From the NCBI GenBank assembly GCA_964437225.1, contig CAYTFY010000003.1:609077-673076 (forward strand): a stretch of 64,000 nucleotides of DNA, written 5' to 3'. The DNA comes from an uncultured Gemmatimonadaceae bacterium (lineage in GTDB: Bacteria > Gemmatimonadota > Gemmatimonadetes > Gemmatimonadales > Gemmatimonadaceae). Under the pieces are notes generated by a model that worked only from the letters and a program-made list of their open reading frames with translations, had not been told where the DNA came from and did no database searches. Of the stretch, positions 1-8,490 are shown in pieces. The position numbers and the translations under genes are program-made. Every line of letters starts with the position of its first letter. The first letter of the stretch is position 1.

Positions 1-403
1 TGATGCCTCATTCGTTCCTATCACCCATACCGGAAATCTTCGCATGCTGCCAGGATCCGGGGACGACACCTTCGACAGTCTCGTTGCGGCAATGGGAAAA
101 GGCGTGGCGATTCGGTATCTGGGCGCACAGATGGACTTTCAGCAGTTGAATGGCTTTGCGCAAGGGCAGGCGTATGAAGTGAAGAATGGCAAACGTGTGG
201 CGCTTCTGACAAATGGTGCCATTCTATTTAGAACACCTGAGCTATGGAAAAATATTACCCAACTTGGTGGTGTTGCCTCGACGCGCCGATTCGGTCATGA
301 GCCGGGAAAGGGTGAACCATACCAGAGCGGATGTCATAGCGTGACCGCCGTACCAGCCGCGTTCAAGAATCTTTCGTTTATCAATTCCCTGAGAAAAGCA
401 TGA
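1..403 (+). CDS. TldD-like protein (PmbA/TldD superfamily), C-terminal fragment; gene starts left of the window (cassette 0)
   Basis: The frame is open from base 2. The translation (HTGNLRMLPGSGDDTF...EVKNGKRVALLTNGAILFRTPELWKNI...GKGEPYQSGCHSVTAVPAAF) parallels the C-termini of the full-length copies at 14477, 26904 and 40250. Confidence 0.8.
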   Translation, partial: DASFVPITHTGNLRMLPGSGDDTFDSLVAAMGKGVAIRYLGAQMDFQQLNGFAQGQAYEVKNGKRVALLTNGAILFRTPELWKNITQLGGVASTRRFGHEPGKGEPYQSGCHSVTAVPAAFKNLSFINSLRKA

Positions 404-1899
404 CGACAGCGGGACGCATCGTGGGACACACGATAGAACACGCCGGAATACCGGATGACCGCATGATGACTCGAGAGCAATGCGACCAGCTTGCTGTTCG
501 GATCTCTCGGTTAACAGAAGGCGGTGGGACCACCATGGTCCAGATATACAGTTGGTGGTTTGGTGAGCTGCGTTGGGCACGGAACCGAGTGACGCTCACG
601 AGCGACCGTCGCCAAACTCAACTCTTTATTCTGCGTTCGATTCGGAACTCGACTGGGAAAGCGTGGACCAATCTACTTGACGACGATTCCTTGCGCTCTG
701 CCGTACGCGCCGCGGAGCGAGTCAGTGCACTGTTCCCGGGAATGGAGGTAAACGACCTGCGACTGCCGCCTCCAGAACTTCCAACACCAACTCCTCTCAT
801 CTGGAGTGACGCCACATTCAATGCCACGGCGGAAATGCGCGGCGATATTGGGAGCTTTCTGTCGCAACACGCGGCGGTATCGTCGATGTTATCCGCCGGG
901 TTTCTTAAAATGAATAGCGGTGTCATTGCTCGACGACGGTTTGGTTTCGACAATTCAACGAACGGCACAGGTGATCAGGCGACTACTGCAGCGGATGGTC
1001 TGGAATCTTCTGGCACTGGATCAAACGTCCTGGAATATGAGCCATACACCATGAGCGAATGTTCCATGACCGTACGCGAGGCGAACGGCATGGGATCGGG
1101 ATGGGCCGGACTGTCGGGATACGACTGGTCGTCCATCAATGGCAAAGCACTCGCGGAACGTGCGTTGGAGAAATGTCTGAAATCACTGAATCCTGTGGCG
1201 ATAGAACCCGGACGATATACCGTCGTATTGGAACCCACCGCTGCGTTGCCCATGGTTAGCATGTTGGTGGCACAGGCGAGCAGAGTTGCAGCGGAGAGTG
1301 GGCGTGGTCCGTTTGTGTTGGGACGCGATAACACGCTTGGGTTATTCCGGACGAAGCTGGGGATGAAAGTTGTCGATCACCGAGTGACAATTTCGCACGA
1401 CCCAGACGATCCAGCGCTTGGAGAACTTGCACACTCGGGCACAACTCCCATAACCTGGATCGAAAATGGGATTCTCAAAACAATGACGAATGATCGTGAA
1501 ACGTATGCCCTTCCCAAGTTGAATGATAATCTTGGTTCCCTCGGACGTCGAAGCTTTCGTATGCAAGGCGGAGACACATCCATTGAAGAGATGATCGCGT
1601 CTACGCGACGCGGGTTGCTGGTAACGCGATTCGTGAATATGGTCCTGCTCGATTCCACCAGCGTACTGTGCACCGGATTAACCCGCGATGGACTTTGGTT
1701 GATCGAGCGCGGCGAAATTACCAAAGCGGTGAAAAATATGCGATTCACCGAATCTCCGTTGTTCATGTTGAACAATCTGGAACAGCTCGGAGTTGCGGTC
1801 CCGGTGTTTACCGCCTTTCGTCAGCAGCCAGCTCCGGTAATCGTTCCGGCGCTCAAGATCAACGATTTCAGCTTTACGTCCATGGTTGATTCAATCTAG
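400..1899 (+). CDS. PmbA/TldE-like protein (PmbA/TldD superfamily), no signal peptide (cassette 0)
   Basis: 499-aa ORF. The ATG overlaps the upstream TGA (ATGA). Family-typical segments are WWFGELRWARNRVTLTSDRR, GRYTVVLEPTAA, ITISHDPDDP, RRGLLVTRF, GLTRDGLWLIERGEI and RFTESPLFMLNN. It is paralogous to 16114, 28580 and 41875. Confidence 0.85.
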   Translation: MTTAGRIVGHTIEHAGIPDDRMMTREQCDQLAVRISRLTEGGGTTMVQIYSWWFGELRWARNRVTLTSDRRQTQLFILRSIRNSTGKAWTNLLDDDSLRSAVRAAERVSALFPGMEVNDLRLPPPELPTPTPLIWSDATFNATAEMRGDIGSFLSQHAAVSSMLSAGFLKMNSGVIARRRFGFDNSTNGTGDQATTAADGLESSGTGSNVLEYEPYTMSECSMTVREANGMGSGWAGLSGYDWSSINGKALAERALEKCLKSLNPVAIEPGRYTVVLEPTAALPMVSMLVAQASRVAAESGRGPFVLGRDNTLGLFRTKLGMKVVDHRVTISHDPDDPALGELAHSGTTPITWIENGILKTMTNDRETYALPKLNDNLGSLGRRSFRMQGGDTSIEEMIASTRRGLLVTRFVNMVLLDSTSVLCTGLTRDGLWLIERGEITKAVKNMRFTESPLFMLNNLEQLGVAVPVFTAFRQQPAPVIVPALKINDFSFTSMVDSI

Positions 1900-1908
1900 T
1901 CGCGAGTA

Positions 1909-3405
1909 ATGAACATGAATTCAGCAATGTATCGTTCCTGCAGGCTTGGCCGACGAGTTCGTCGTATCGGTCGCCATATCGTTCCCGTTTTGCTTGGCTT
2001 TGTGTGTACGGGCATGAGCGTGTTAGCGTGGCCATCTCTCGTCGTTGCTCAAGCGACACAAACACGGTTTCTCTGGCCGGACCGTCTCCCCGATGTAACA
2101 CGGTACGAAACTCCAGAGCAATGTTTGGCCGCAACACAGCGGATTCGGGATAGCGTGTTAGGTCCGCGCCAAATTGTGGCGATCACATCACCACGGGGTA
2201 CTCCTGAATCGCTGGCGTCGCCGAGGGCAGTGATCGATGCAGCGCAACAGTGTAGTGCGCGATGGCCATTGGAGCACGCGTCACTCGAAATATTCTACGC
2301 ACTCTTCCCCTTGTATCTACAAGCCGGACGAGATGCAGACGCCGACTCTCTCGCATCTCGACGCCTAGCTCGAGTGGCACATGATACAGGGGACGTGCGG
2401 TTTGCCGTAATCGATTCGATCGCGGCCGTCTATCTGTACGCGTCGCCCGCACGGATCAGTCGTGCTGAACCAATGCTCACGCTGCTTGGCGAAATCGAGA
2501 GCACAACCGACCAACGCTTTAGGCGATTCGATCATCTGCACACGCTTTTACAGCAAAGCGATGCACTCGGCGATACCATTCGCGCATATCGCGCGGCCGA
2601 AGAGATGACTCGGCTGGCCGCTGCCTTGCCGGATGCTGATCGGACTCAGGAGTGGTGGACACGGATCGGACGGTTTCAGGCGTATACAGGGTATGACTAT
2701 CTGAGCACTCAGAAGCAGTTCGACAGCCTTCGCATCAGTACGGCTGCATACGCAAAAGTCGTTCGCGCCAACTGGGCGTTTGCCAACCACGAATCTGTCG
2801 GTACCGTAGAGTTCCCGGTGGGATCGCCGGCGGCTCCGTTGCAGAGTACGTTCGTGTTTCCTCCGGTTCTTGAGACTCAGAGCGCTGGAGCGCCGAGATC
2901 TGATGTGAGGGGGAATGCGCTTGTGCGTCCGGCACCGGGTGTAATTTCATTGATTGTTTTTCTCGACCGATGCGATATGTTTGTGCTGCAGTGTCTGGAG
3001 ACCTATGCGACGATCAAACGGATTGCGAGCCAGTATTCGGAACTCGAATTGACGTTGAGCGCACAAACATACGGGTTTTTCTTTGATCAGAAACCGCCGG
3101 TTCCAAAGGAAGAAGCGGATCTATATCAAAAGTGGTGGTTGGAGTTTCATGCGCTACCAGCGATGTTGGCTGTTACGGAAACACCGTTTTGGCGAATTAC
3201 AGATCCCGATCGACGGCGCATTAATGAAGTGATCGATAATCGGAAGAATTATTCGTTTGGCAGTTGGGTGATTCGGCCGCAGATGGGGGTGTTGGTTGAC
3301 CGGGATGGGACGATTGTGTATACGAATATTTTGGGGCGAATGGCGGAGCGGCGGTTTGGGGAGTTGATTCGGATTTTACTTGAAGATCGCGCTGTCCATC
3401 GGTAA
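1909..3405 (+). CDS. Cassette-terminal secreted protein of unknown function; helical N-domain plus thioredoxin-fold-like C-domain without CxxC (cassette 0)
   Basis: 498-aa ORF with a signal-like N-terminus (VPVLLGFVCTGMSVLAWPSLVVAQA). It carries the conserved motif WPD...VTRYETPEQCLAA. The C-terminal pattern is ISLIVFLDRC...LELTLSAQ...ITDPDRRRINEV...VLVDRDGTIVY. Paralogs are at 17525, 30000 and 43350. Confidence 0.7.
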   Translation: MNMNSAMYRSCRLGRRVRRIGRHIVPVLLGFVCTGMSVLAWPSLVVAQATQTRFLWPDRLPDVTRYETPEQCLAATQRIRDSVLGPRQIVAITSPRGTPESLASPRAVIDAAQQCSARWPLEHASLEIFYALFPLYLQAGRDADADSLASRRLARVAHDTGDVRFAVIDSIAAVYLYASPARISRAEPMLTLLGEIESTTDQRFRRFDHLHTLLQQSDALGDTIRAYRAAEEMTRLAAALPDADRTQEWWTRIGRFQAYTGYDYLSTQKQFDSLRISTAAYAKVVRANWAFANHESVGTVEFPVGSPAAPLQSTFVFPPVLETQSAGAPRSDVRGNALVRPAPGVISLIVFLDRCDMFVLQCLETYATIKRIASQYSELELTLSAQTYGFFFDQKPPVPKEEADLYQKWWLEFHALPAMLAVTETPFWRITDPDRRRINEVIDNRKNYSFGSWVIRPQMGVLVDRDGTIVYTNILGRMAERRFGELIRILLEDRAVHR

Positions 3406-3513
3406 ATCAGTATGTAACGCCAGAAATACTCTACTCGAGTCCCGCAGCAACTCGAAGATCCTTCAACAATTGAACACGTCGTAATTCTGAATGCGGTGAC
3501 AGCGATGATTAAA

Positions 3514-3570
3514 TGCCTCCCCAAAAGTTGGACACCGCGTCCATCCTTTGGGGGGCACTTCAGTTAGGGG
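3514..3570 (+). repeat. Hairpin-forming intergenic element, copy A
   Basis: The core caaaagttggacac (3522-3535) recurs as an exact reverse complement at 5130-5143. The flanks (tgcctcccc.aaaag / cctttggggggca) can pair. The trailing cttcagtta is also shared with copy B. Confidence 0.5.
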
Positions 3571-3725
3571 CGTGGAGCCGAGTTCTCCGAACCCCCCGGG
3601 AGAAGCGTATCGATTAGCCGAATAACCTGTGCAGAAACCGCTGGGGCGTTACATTTAAACGAATGTTTTGAGAGTCGTGCAGCTCTACACGCCTGAGAAA
3701 ACGCCTTGCGACTTCGTAACTACGT

Positions 3726-4757
3726 ATGAACATTCCCATACCCCGAACGATGCGATTTCAATACATCCTTTCGTTAGCATTGTTGTTAGCAGAAGCTGTC
3801 CCTCTGACTGCTCAACAATCCTCCGTCCCGCTGAGTCAGACTCTCAAAATCTCCGGGACTACTGTAGAGGTAATTGGTCTCAAGAAGTGGAATCTTAAGA
3901 TGCTTCAGGATTCACTCAAAAAGCACGATATCTCCCTCACTTCCGGGATGTGCGCTGCCACGATGCGATATTCCTTAGGGTTCGCAGATGCAGCCGTTAT
4001 AGGAATCAAGTCGGAATATAGGTTAGTGACTCTGACGGAGCCACAAGATTCATCCCATATTCGATATCGCCCGATGCCGTTCGATACGACACCTGGTCGC
4101 GCGGAGTGGTCTGAGATGGAACACCTGGCCAAAGTGTTTCCTGAGCAATTTGTGCTTGCAGTTGCCAAGTATCCTGCTTATAAGGACTCCGCGATCAGCG
4201 CACTTCCTCCCGACCTACGGAAAGATTCAACGGCCATCCGTAAACTGTGGAATTTTATTCGCGCTCACAATACGCCGAGCGATGAAAAAGCCGCGATCAT
4301 GGCATTGAAGTCCGCTTCGCAGGTCGCGGATCGTAGGACAGCCATGGCCATCGCCATGAACTTTCCTGAGAGTGATTCCGTTTGGGCAGCTGTGGCGAGC
4401 GGTATGATTGAAACTGATGGTCCAATAAAACTCCTTGCCGCCGACGCAATTAGAGGGTTTATAGCTGCAGGTCATCGGCCATCCAGCTGGGAAGCGATCG
4501 CTCCAACTGTGAGCGCTATCCTGAACGGAACGAGTCAGTTTATGATATTTGAAGCAATGGATCTTGTCGAGTCGATCAAGCCGGACTCCGTATTGTCGAA
4601 GAGTCTGTTAAAAGACGGCGGTTCGTTACTGCTTGCTTATGCCTCATTGCAGCGTCCGCGTTACCGAGAACGAGCATTGACTACATTGAGAACATTGAGT
4701 GGAAAGGATTTTGGTGCTGATGTTTCCAAGTGGCAAGCCTGGGTGGCATCGTTATAG
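3726..4757 (+). CDS. Hypothetical secreted protein, alpha-helical repeat-like
   Basis: 343-aa ORF with a signal-like start (MRFQYILSLALLLAEAVPLTAQQ). No recognisable catalytic motif was seen, and the C-terminal half looks helical-repeat-like. Confidence 0.55.
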   Translation: MNIPIPRTMRFQYILSLALLLAEAVPLTAQQSSVPLSQTLKISGTTVEVIGLKKWNLKMLQDSLKKHDISLTSGMCAATMRYSLGFADAAVIGIKSEYRLVTLTEPQDSSHIRYRPMPFDTTPGRAEWSEMEHLAKVFPEQFVLAVAKYPAYKDSAISALPPDLRKDSTAIRKLWNFIRAHNTPSDEKAAIMALKSASQVADRRTAMAIAMNFPESDSVWAAVASGMIETDGPIKLLAADAIRGFIAAGHRPSSWEAIAPTVSAILNGTSQFMIFEAMDLVESIKPDSVLSKSLLKDGGSLLLAYASLQRPRYRERALTTLRTLSGKDFGADVSKWQAWVASL

Positions 4758-5094
4758 TCGTTTTGTTTTGATAGGCGGAGAGGGGCTGTAAAAGGGTTTT
4801 ATCGCTAACATTTGAAGTGGGTGGCAATGATTGCAGAGTTGAGCCTGTCTGCAATGATCGGTTGACATGTCCGGCTTTTGTCAGGGATGAACGCAGAGTC
4901 GACGCAATCATTCGTCGTGAGCTGGATAGCCAATTACGCGCACAACAATAGAGGGTCGGCGATGCGCGAAGATTGTAGTTCCGGAGCAATGATTCAAGTC
5001 CGCAAGCATCTATCATCAATTCCTTTATGTGTATTCGTAATACGGTATACGCGCAGCAAATTGTGAAGCCGATCAAATCAAAAAAATGACGAAA

Positions 5095-5153
5095 CCGTAA
5101 CTGAAGGGCACCAGAAAAGTACTGATGCAGTGTCCAACTTTTGAGTGCCCTTC
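5095..5153 (-). repeat. Hairpin-forming intergenic element, copy B (inverted relative to copy A)
   Basis: gtgtccaacttttg (5130-5143) is the reverse complement of the copy A core. The outer stem is gaagggcac (5103-5111) / gtgcccttc (5145-5153). ccgtaactgaaggg mirrors the copy A tail. Confidence 0.5.
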
Positions 5154-5199
5154 ATCCGGACCTGACGCGTCCGCGCGGACCGTCGGACGAGGTGCGTGA

Positions 5200-5730
5200 T
5201 TACGCAGGAACGTACGTCAGGCGAATCGTGTGCTCACCAATGCGATCGCTGGCCACTAGGCGTAGCGGCGGCCGAGGGCCGGCGAAGAAAGGCGTGCCGT
5301 GACCAAGCACGAAGGGTAGGAAATAGAGGCGGTACTCATCGATAAGACCCAGGTCGGTCAGGCTTCGCGCCAAGTCTGGTCCGGAAACAGCAATCTCCCC
5401 AGCGAGCTTGGTCTTCAGGTCAAGAACCACCGCCTCGACGTCCTCCGACACCAGTGTGGCGTTGGGGCCGACCGACTTTAACGAGCGCGACACGACCCAC
5501 TTCGGTTGGCGCCGCCACGCCGCCGCGAAGTCGCGTTGCTCCGCGTCCCACTCAGGATGGTCTTCATCCCAATACCGCATGACCTCGTACATACGGCGGC
5601 CGTACACACTGCCGGCCAGGTTGCGCACATGCTCGACCCAGTGACGAAAGAGCGCGGGGTCGGTCTGCATTTTCTGGTGGTCGACGTATCCGTCCAAGGA
5701 CTGATTCATTCCGAAAACGAGCTTCGCCAT
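5200..5730 (-). CDS. Dihydrofolate reductase-family protein (RibD C-terminal domain type)
   Basis: The start is taken at MAKLVFGMNQSLDGYVD. The later segment GEIAVSGPDLARSLTDLGLIDEYRLYFLPFVLGHGTPFF is the classic RibD_C signature. Confidence 0.85.
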   Translation of the reverse strand: MAKLVFGMNQSLDGYVDHQKMQTDPALFRHWVEHVRNLAGSVYGRRMYEVMRYWDEDHPEWDAEQRDFAAAWRRQPKWVVSRSLKSVGPNATLVSEDVEAVVLDLKTKLAGEIAVSGPDLARSLTDLGLIDEYRLYFLPFVLGHGTPFFAGPRPPLRLVASDRIGEHTIRLTYVPA

Positions 5731-5825
5731 GCTGCAAGAACCTCCACTCCAAAGGGGCAATATATGCAACCTGGTGTTAATCGAAGTCGACTACGATTAC
5801 TCATCAGGAGTCTTTCCTAAAATTA

Positions 5826-6479
5826 ATGGGAAATAACACCTGTGCAGCTTTTTACCAGGTCAGTACACAACTACCCTGCTTAGCTCTCTATATGGGCGAT
5901 CTGCTATATTCGTTCATGGCACTCATGACATGGTCCCCAGATTTCCTTGCTGAACTGGTTGCACTCGACGACAGTATCACCGCGCTATTCGCGCTGCCAT
6001 CGGAGCAATTGGTCCGCACTCCGGCCCCGACCAAGTGGTCAGCGCTCCAGGCGATCGACCACATCATGCTCACCAACCGCGAGTACTTCCCCGAGATCGC
6101 GCGGGCGATCCGAGATTCACGCGCGGCCAACCGGCATGCGACTGAACCATTTCATTACTCGTGGCTGGGTCGGCAAATCGTCACCCTATTCGAGCCACCC
6201 CCGAAGCTTCGTATCCCTCTCCCCACTCGGCGCATCGCTCCTCCGGTGATACCGGACTTCGATACTGTCCGGCGAGCGTATGAAGAGCATACCGTCCGCT
6301 TCGGGGAATACATCCGGGAGGCCATGACCGTCGATATGCGGCGCACGAAAGTCCGCTCGCCGTTCTTGATCGAACGATGGGTGCCTCTCAACCTTGGAGC
6401 GACTATCGGCGCACTCCTCGCGCACGGCCGGCGGCATGTATATCAGGCACAGGGGGCAGTTAATGGGAGCGAGCGATAG
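5826..6479 (+). CDS. DinB-family (DinB_2-like) protein
   Basis: Contains WSALQAIDHIMLTNREYFPEI and a C-terminal LLAHGRRHVYQA, typical of DinB-like four-helix-bundle proteins. The true start is probably an internal ATG (5892 or 5916). Confidence 0.6.
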   Translation: MGNNTCAAFYQVSTQLPCLALYMGDLLYSFMALMTWSPDFLAELVALDDSITALFALPSEQLVRTPAPTKWSALQAIDHIMLTNREYFPEIARAIRDSRAANRHATEPFHYSWLGRQIVTLFEPPPKLRIPLPTRRIAPPVIPDFDTVRRAYEEHTVRFGEYIREAMTVDMRRTKVRSPFLIERWVPLNLGATIGALLAHGRRHVYQAQGAVNGSER

Positions 6480-6662
6480 TATCGCGGGCTCGCGAAGGCC
6501 CTGTTCCTCAGCAACTATAGCGTGGCGTCAGAAAGAATTCGACTGCCGCCGTTGTTATACTATAAAATAATTGAAAGTTGTTACAGCCCATTTAGTCCGA
6601 TTTCACTTAAGAACTCTCCAGGACATAGACCGGATGATAAAATAGTACATTCTGGATAGGCA

Positions 6663-7289
6663 TTGAACTTGCGAAATCCTAGAGTGATGCACGACGACCC
6701 GAATCACCAGGACGTAAACTCCGTACGTGAAGGTGATCAACATATCGTCGCAAGCATTCGGCAAGGCGATCATGTGGCGTTTGCCGCGTTATTCAAAACG
6801 TTCGCGCCGCTGCTCTATCGTATCGCGTTCAGTTACCTACGGTCCGACGCCACCGCGAAAGATATCGTACAAGACATAATGTTCTCCTTCTGGAAAAATC
6901 GCCAGACTCTGATCATTACAGAGACACTCCACGCCTATCTAACCTCCGCAACAAGAAAGCGTGCACTCAAAGTACTGGTGAGCACATCACGCTCTGATAA
7001 GTACGTCGAAGCCTATTCATGGGAAGACGACATCCCTGGCATGGGCCAGCATACGGACGATCCTGAACGACAGGTTGAAACAAACGACGTAACTGTCGCG
7101 ATCATCGACGCCGTTGAAAAACTTCCCGAACGGTATCGGCGAGTTCTCATGCTTCGGGCAACAGAGCAACTCTCTTATCCAGAGATCGCAGAGCTCCTTG
7201 GCCTCCCTCTAAAGACAGTCAAAACTCAAGCGCGTCGTGGGATGGAGCGACTGCAGAGGGTTCTCGCACGTTACTTCCCGCTGCCATAA
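6663..7289 (+). CDS. ECF-type RNA polymerase sigma factor (cassette 1)
   Basis: Region 2 is DIVQDIMFSFWKNRQTL. Region 4 is LPERYRRVLMLRATEQLSYPEIAELLGLPLKTVKTQARRGMERL. The ORF-track start is TTG, and an in-frame ATG at 6687 is an alternative. Confidence 0.85.
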   Translation: MNLRNPRVMHDDPNHQDVNSVREGDQHIVASIRQGDHVAFAALFKTFAPLLYRIAFSYLRSDATAKDIVQDIMFSFWKNRQTLIITETLHAYLTSATRKRALKVLVSTSRSDKYVEAYSWEDDIPGMGQHTDDPERQVETNDVTVAIIDAVEKLPERYRRVLMLRATEQLSYPEIAELLGLPLKTVKTQARRGMERLQRVLARYFPLP

Positions 7290-7398
7290 TACGCGAAGAC
7301 CGTCTGGATAATCGGGGTGGTTTTTTGCCTCTTTCAAAAAAAATGAAGCCTTTTTGTGCCGTCGGGGAACCTACATACAGAGCCCCCCGACGGTATTT

Positions 7399-8481
7399 AT
7401 GGATAACCCTGATCTAAATTCCAACTTGGAGACTCCAGACGCGCTAGTGTTGGAGTCCTACTTTGCTGGTGACTGCAGTAAATACGAAACTCAACGCATT
7501 GAGTCTTGGATCTCTGCTCATCCGCAACACCAAGACTATGTCGAGGCGATGCGGTTAGCATGGAGGCAATTAGGGCATCCAACGCAAATTCCAGCATACA
7601 ATGTGGAAGTCGAATTGTTGCGATTGAGCCGAGCGATCCAAGAGGAGTGGGATACGGTTTCGGTGCAACCTTCTCAGGTTAGTGAGTTTACCGACCGGAT
7701 ACTTCGATCGCAAACGGTTGCTGCTTCTACACGTTGGCCGTCTCGAAATGTTGTTCGTACGTTTGGGATCGCAATAGGCGGTCTTTGTACAGCGATCGTA
7801 TTGATCTTTTCGGGATCATATTGGACACGTCGCTCCGTCGACCAAACGCTCTCGCAGCAGGTGTCTACATATTCCACGACGCCAGGAAAGCAGGCGAGTG
7901 TCGTGTTGCCTGATGGAAGTACTGTGATTCTCAATGTTGATAGTCGTCTCGACGTTCCTTCGGACTATGCTACAGGAAATCGTACGATTCATTTGTCTGG
8001 TGAAGCGCTCTTCACAGTCAATCATGTGGAACATGACCCATTTATTGTCGTTGCCGGACCGAGTACAACGCGTGTGTTGGGCACCCGGTTTGTCGTACGA
8101 CACTATGTAACGGATACTATGGCGGTTATTGCTGTAGAAGATGGAAAAGTTGCGGTGGAGTCCACGGTATTGACTGCGGCGCAACAAGTCTCGGTTGGGG
8201 AGCGAGGGGCCGTATCAGATGTCACCCCGGTGCAACTAGGACGTTTTTCTTTTGCGCGCGGTGTGTTAACGCTCGACAACGTCCCACTTTCCGCGGCATT
8301 GGCCGACCTCAGTCGTTGGTATGACGCCACCCTTCAACTCGGCGATCCAGCGCTGGCAGATCGCATATTGATTGGACGGTTCACCACGGGTTCGATTTCG
8401 GATCTTGTTGAGAATCTTGAATGGGCATTCCAACTGCGTGTCGTGCGAAATGGCCGCACATTAACACTCTATCCAAAGTGA
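7399..8481 (+). CDS. FecR-family anti-sigma factor / transmembrane sensor (cassette 1)
   Basis: N-terminal anti-sigma motif (LESYFAGDCSKYETQRIESWISAHP). TM segment FGIAIGGLCTAIVLIF. FecR domain (VVLPDGSTVILNVDSRLDV...LSGEALFTV...TRVLGTRFVVRHY). C-terminal LSAALADLSRWYD. Confidence 0.85.
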   Translation: MDNPDLNSNLETPDALVLESYFAGDCSKYETQRIESWISAHPQHQDYVEAMRLAWRQLGHPTQIPAYNVEVELLRLSRAIQEEWDTVSVQPSQVSEFTDRILRSQTVAASTRWPSRNVVRTFGIAIGGLCTAIVLIFSGSYWTRRSVDQTLSQQVSTYSTTPGKQASVVLPDGSTVILNVDSRLDVPSDYATGNRTIHLSGEALFTVNHVEHDPFIVVAGPSTTRVLGTRFVVRHYVTDTMAVIAVEDGKVAVESTVLTAAQQVSVGERGAVSDVTPVQLGRFSFARGVLTLDNVPLSAALADLSRWYDATLQLGDPALADRILIGRFTTGSISDLVENLEWAFQLRVVRNGRTLTLYPK

Positions 8482-8490
8482 TGACTACCA

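Noticed and set aside
7365-7395. GGAAC followed about 16 nt later by CGAC, as a possible ECF-type promoter inside the sigma1-FecR1 spacer.
   Set aside because: It is a single occurrence embedded in the hairpin and is not repeated upstream of the other cassettes' genes. The promoter consensus of these ECF groups is unknown to me.
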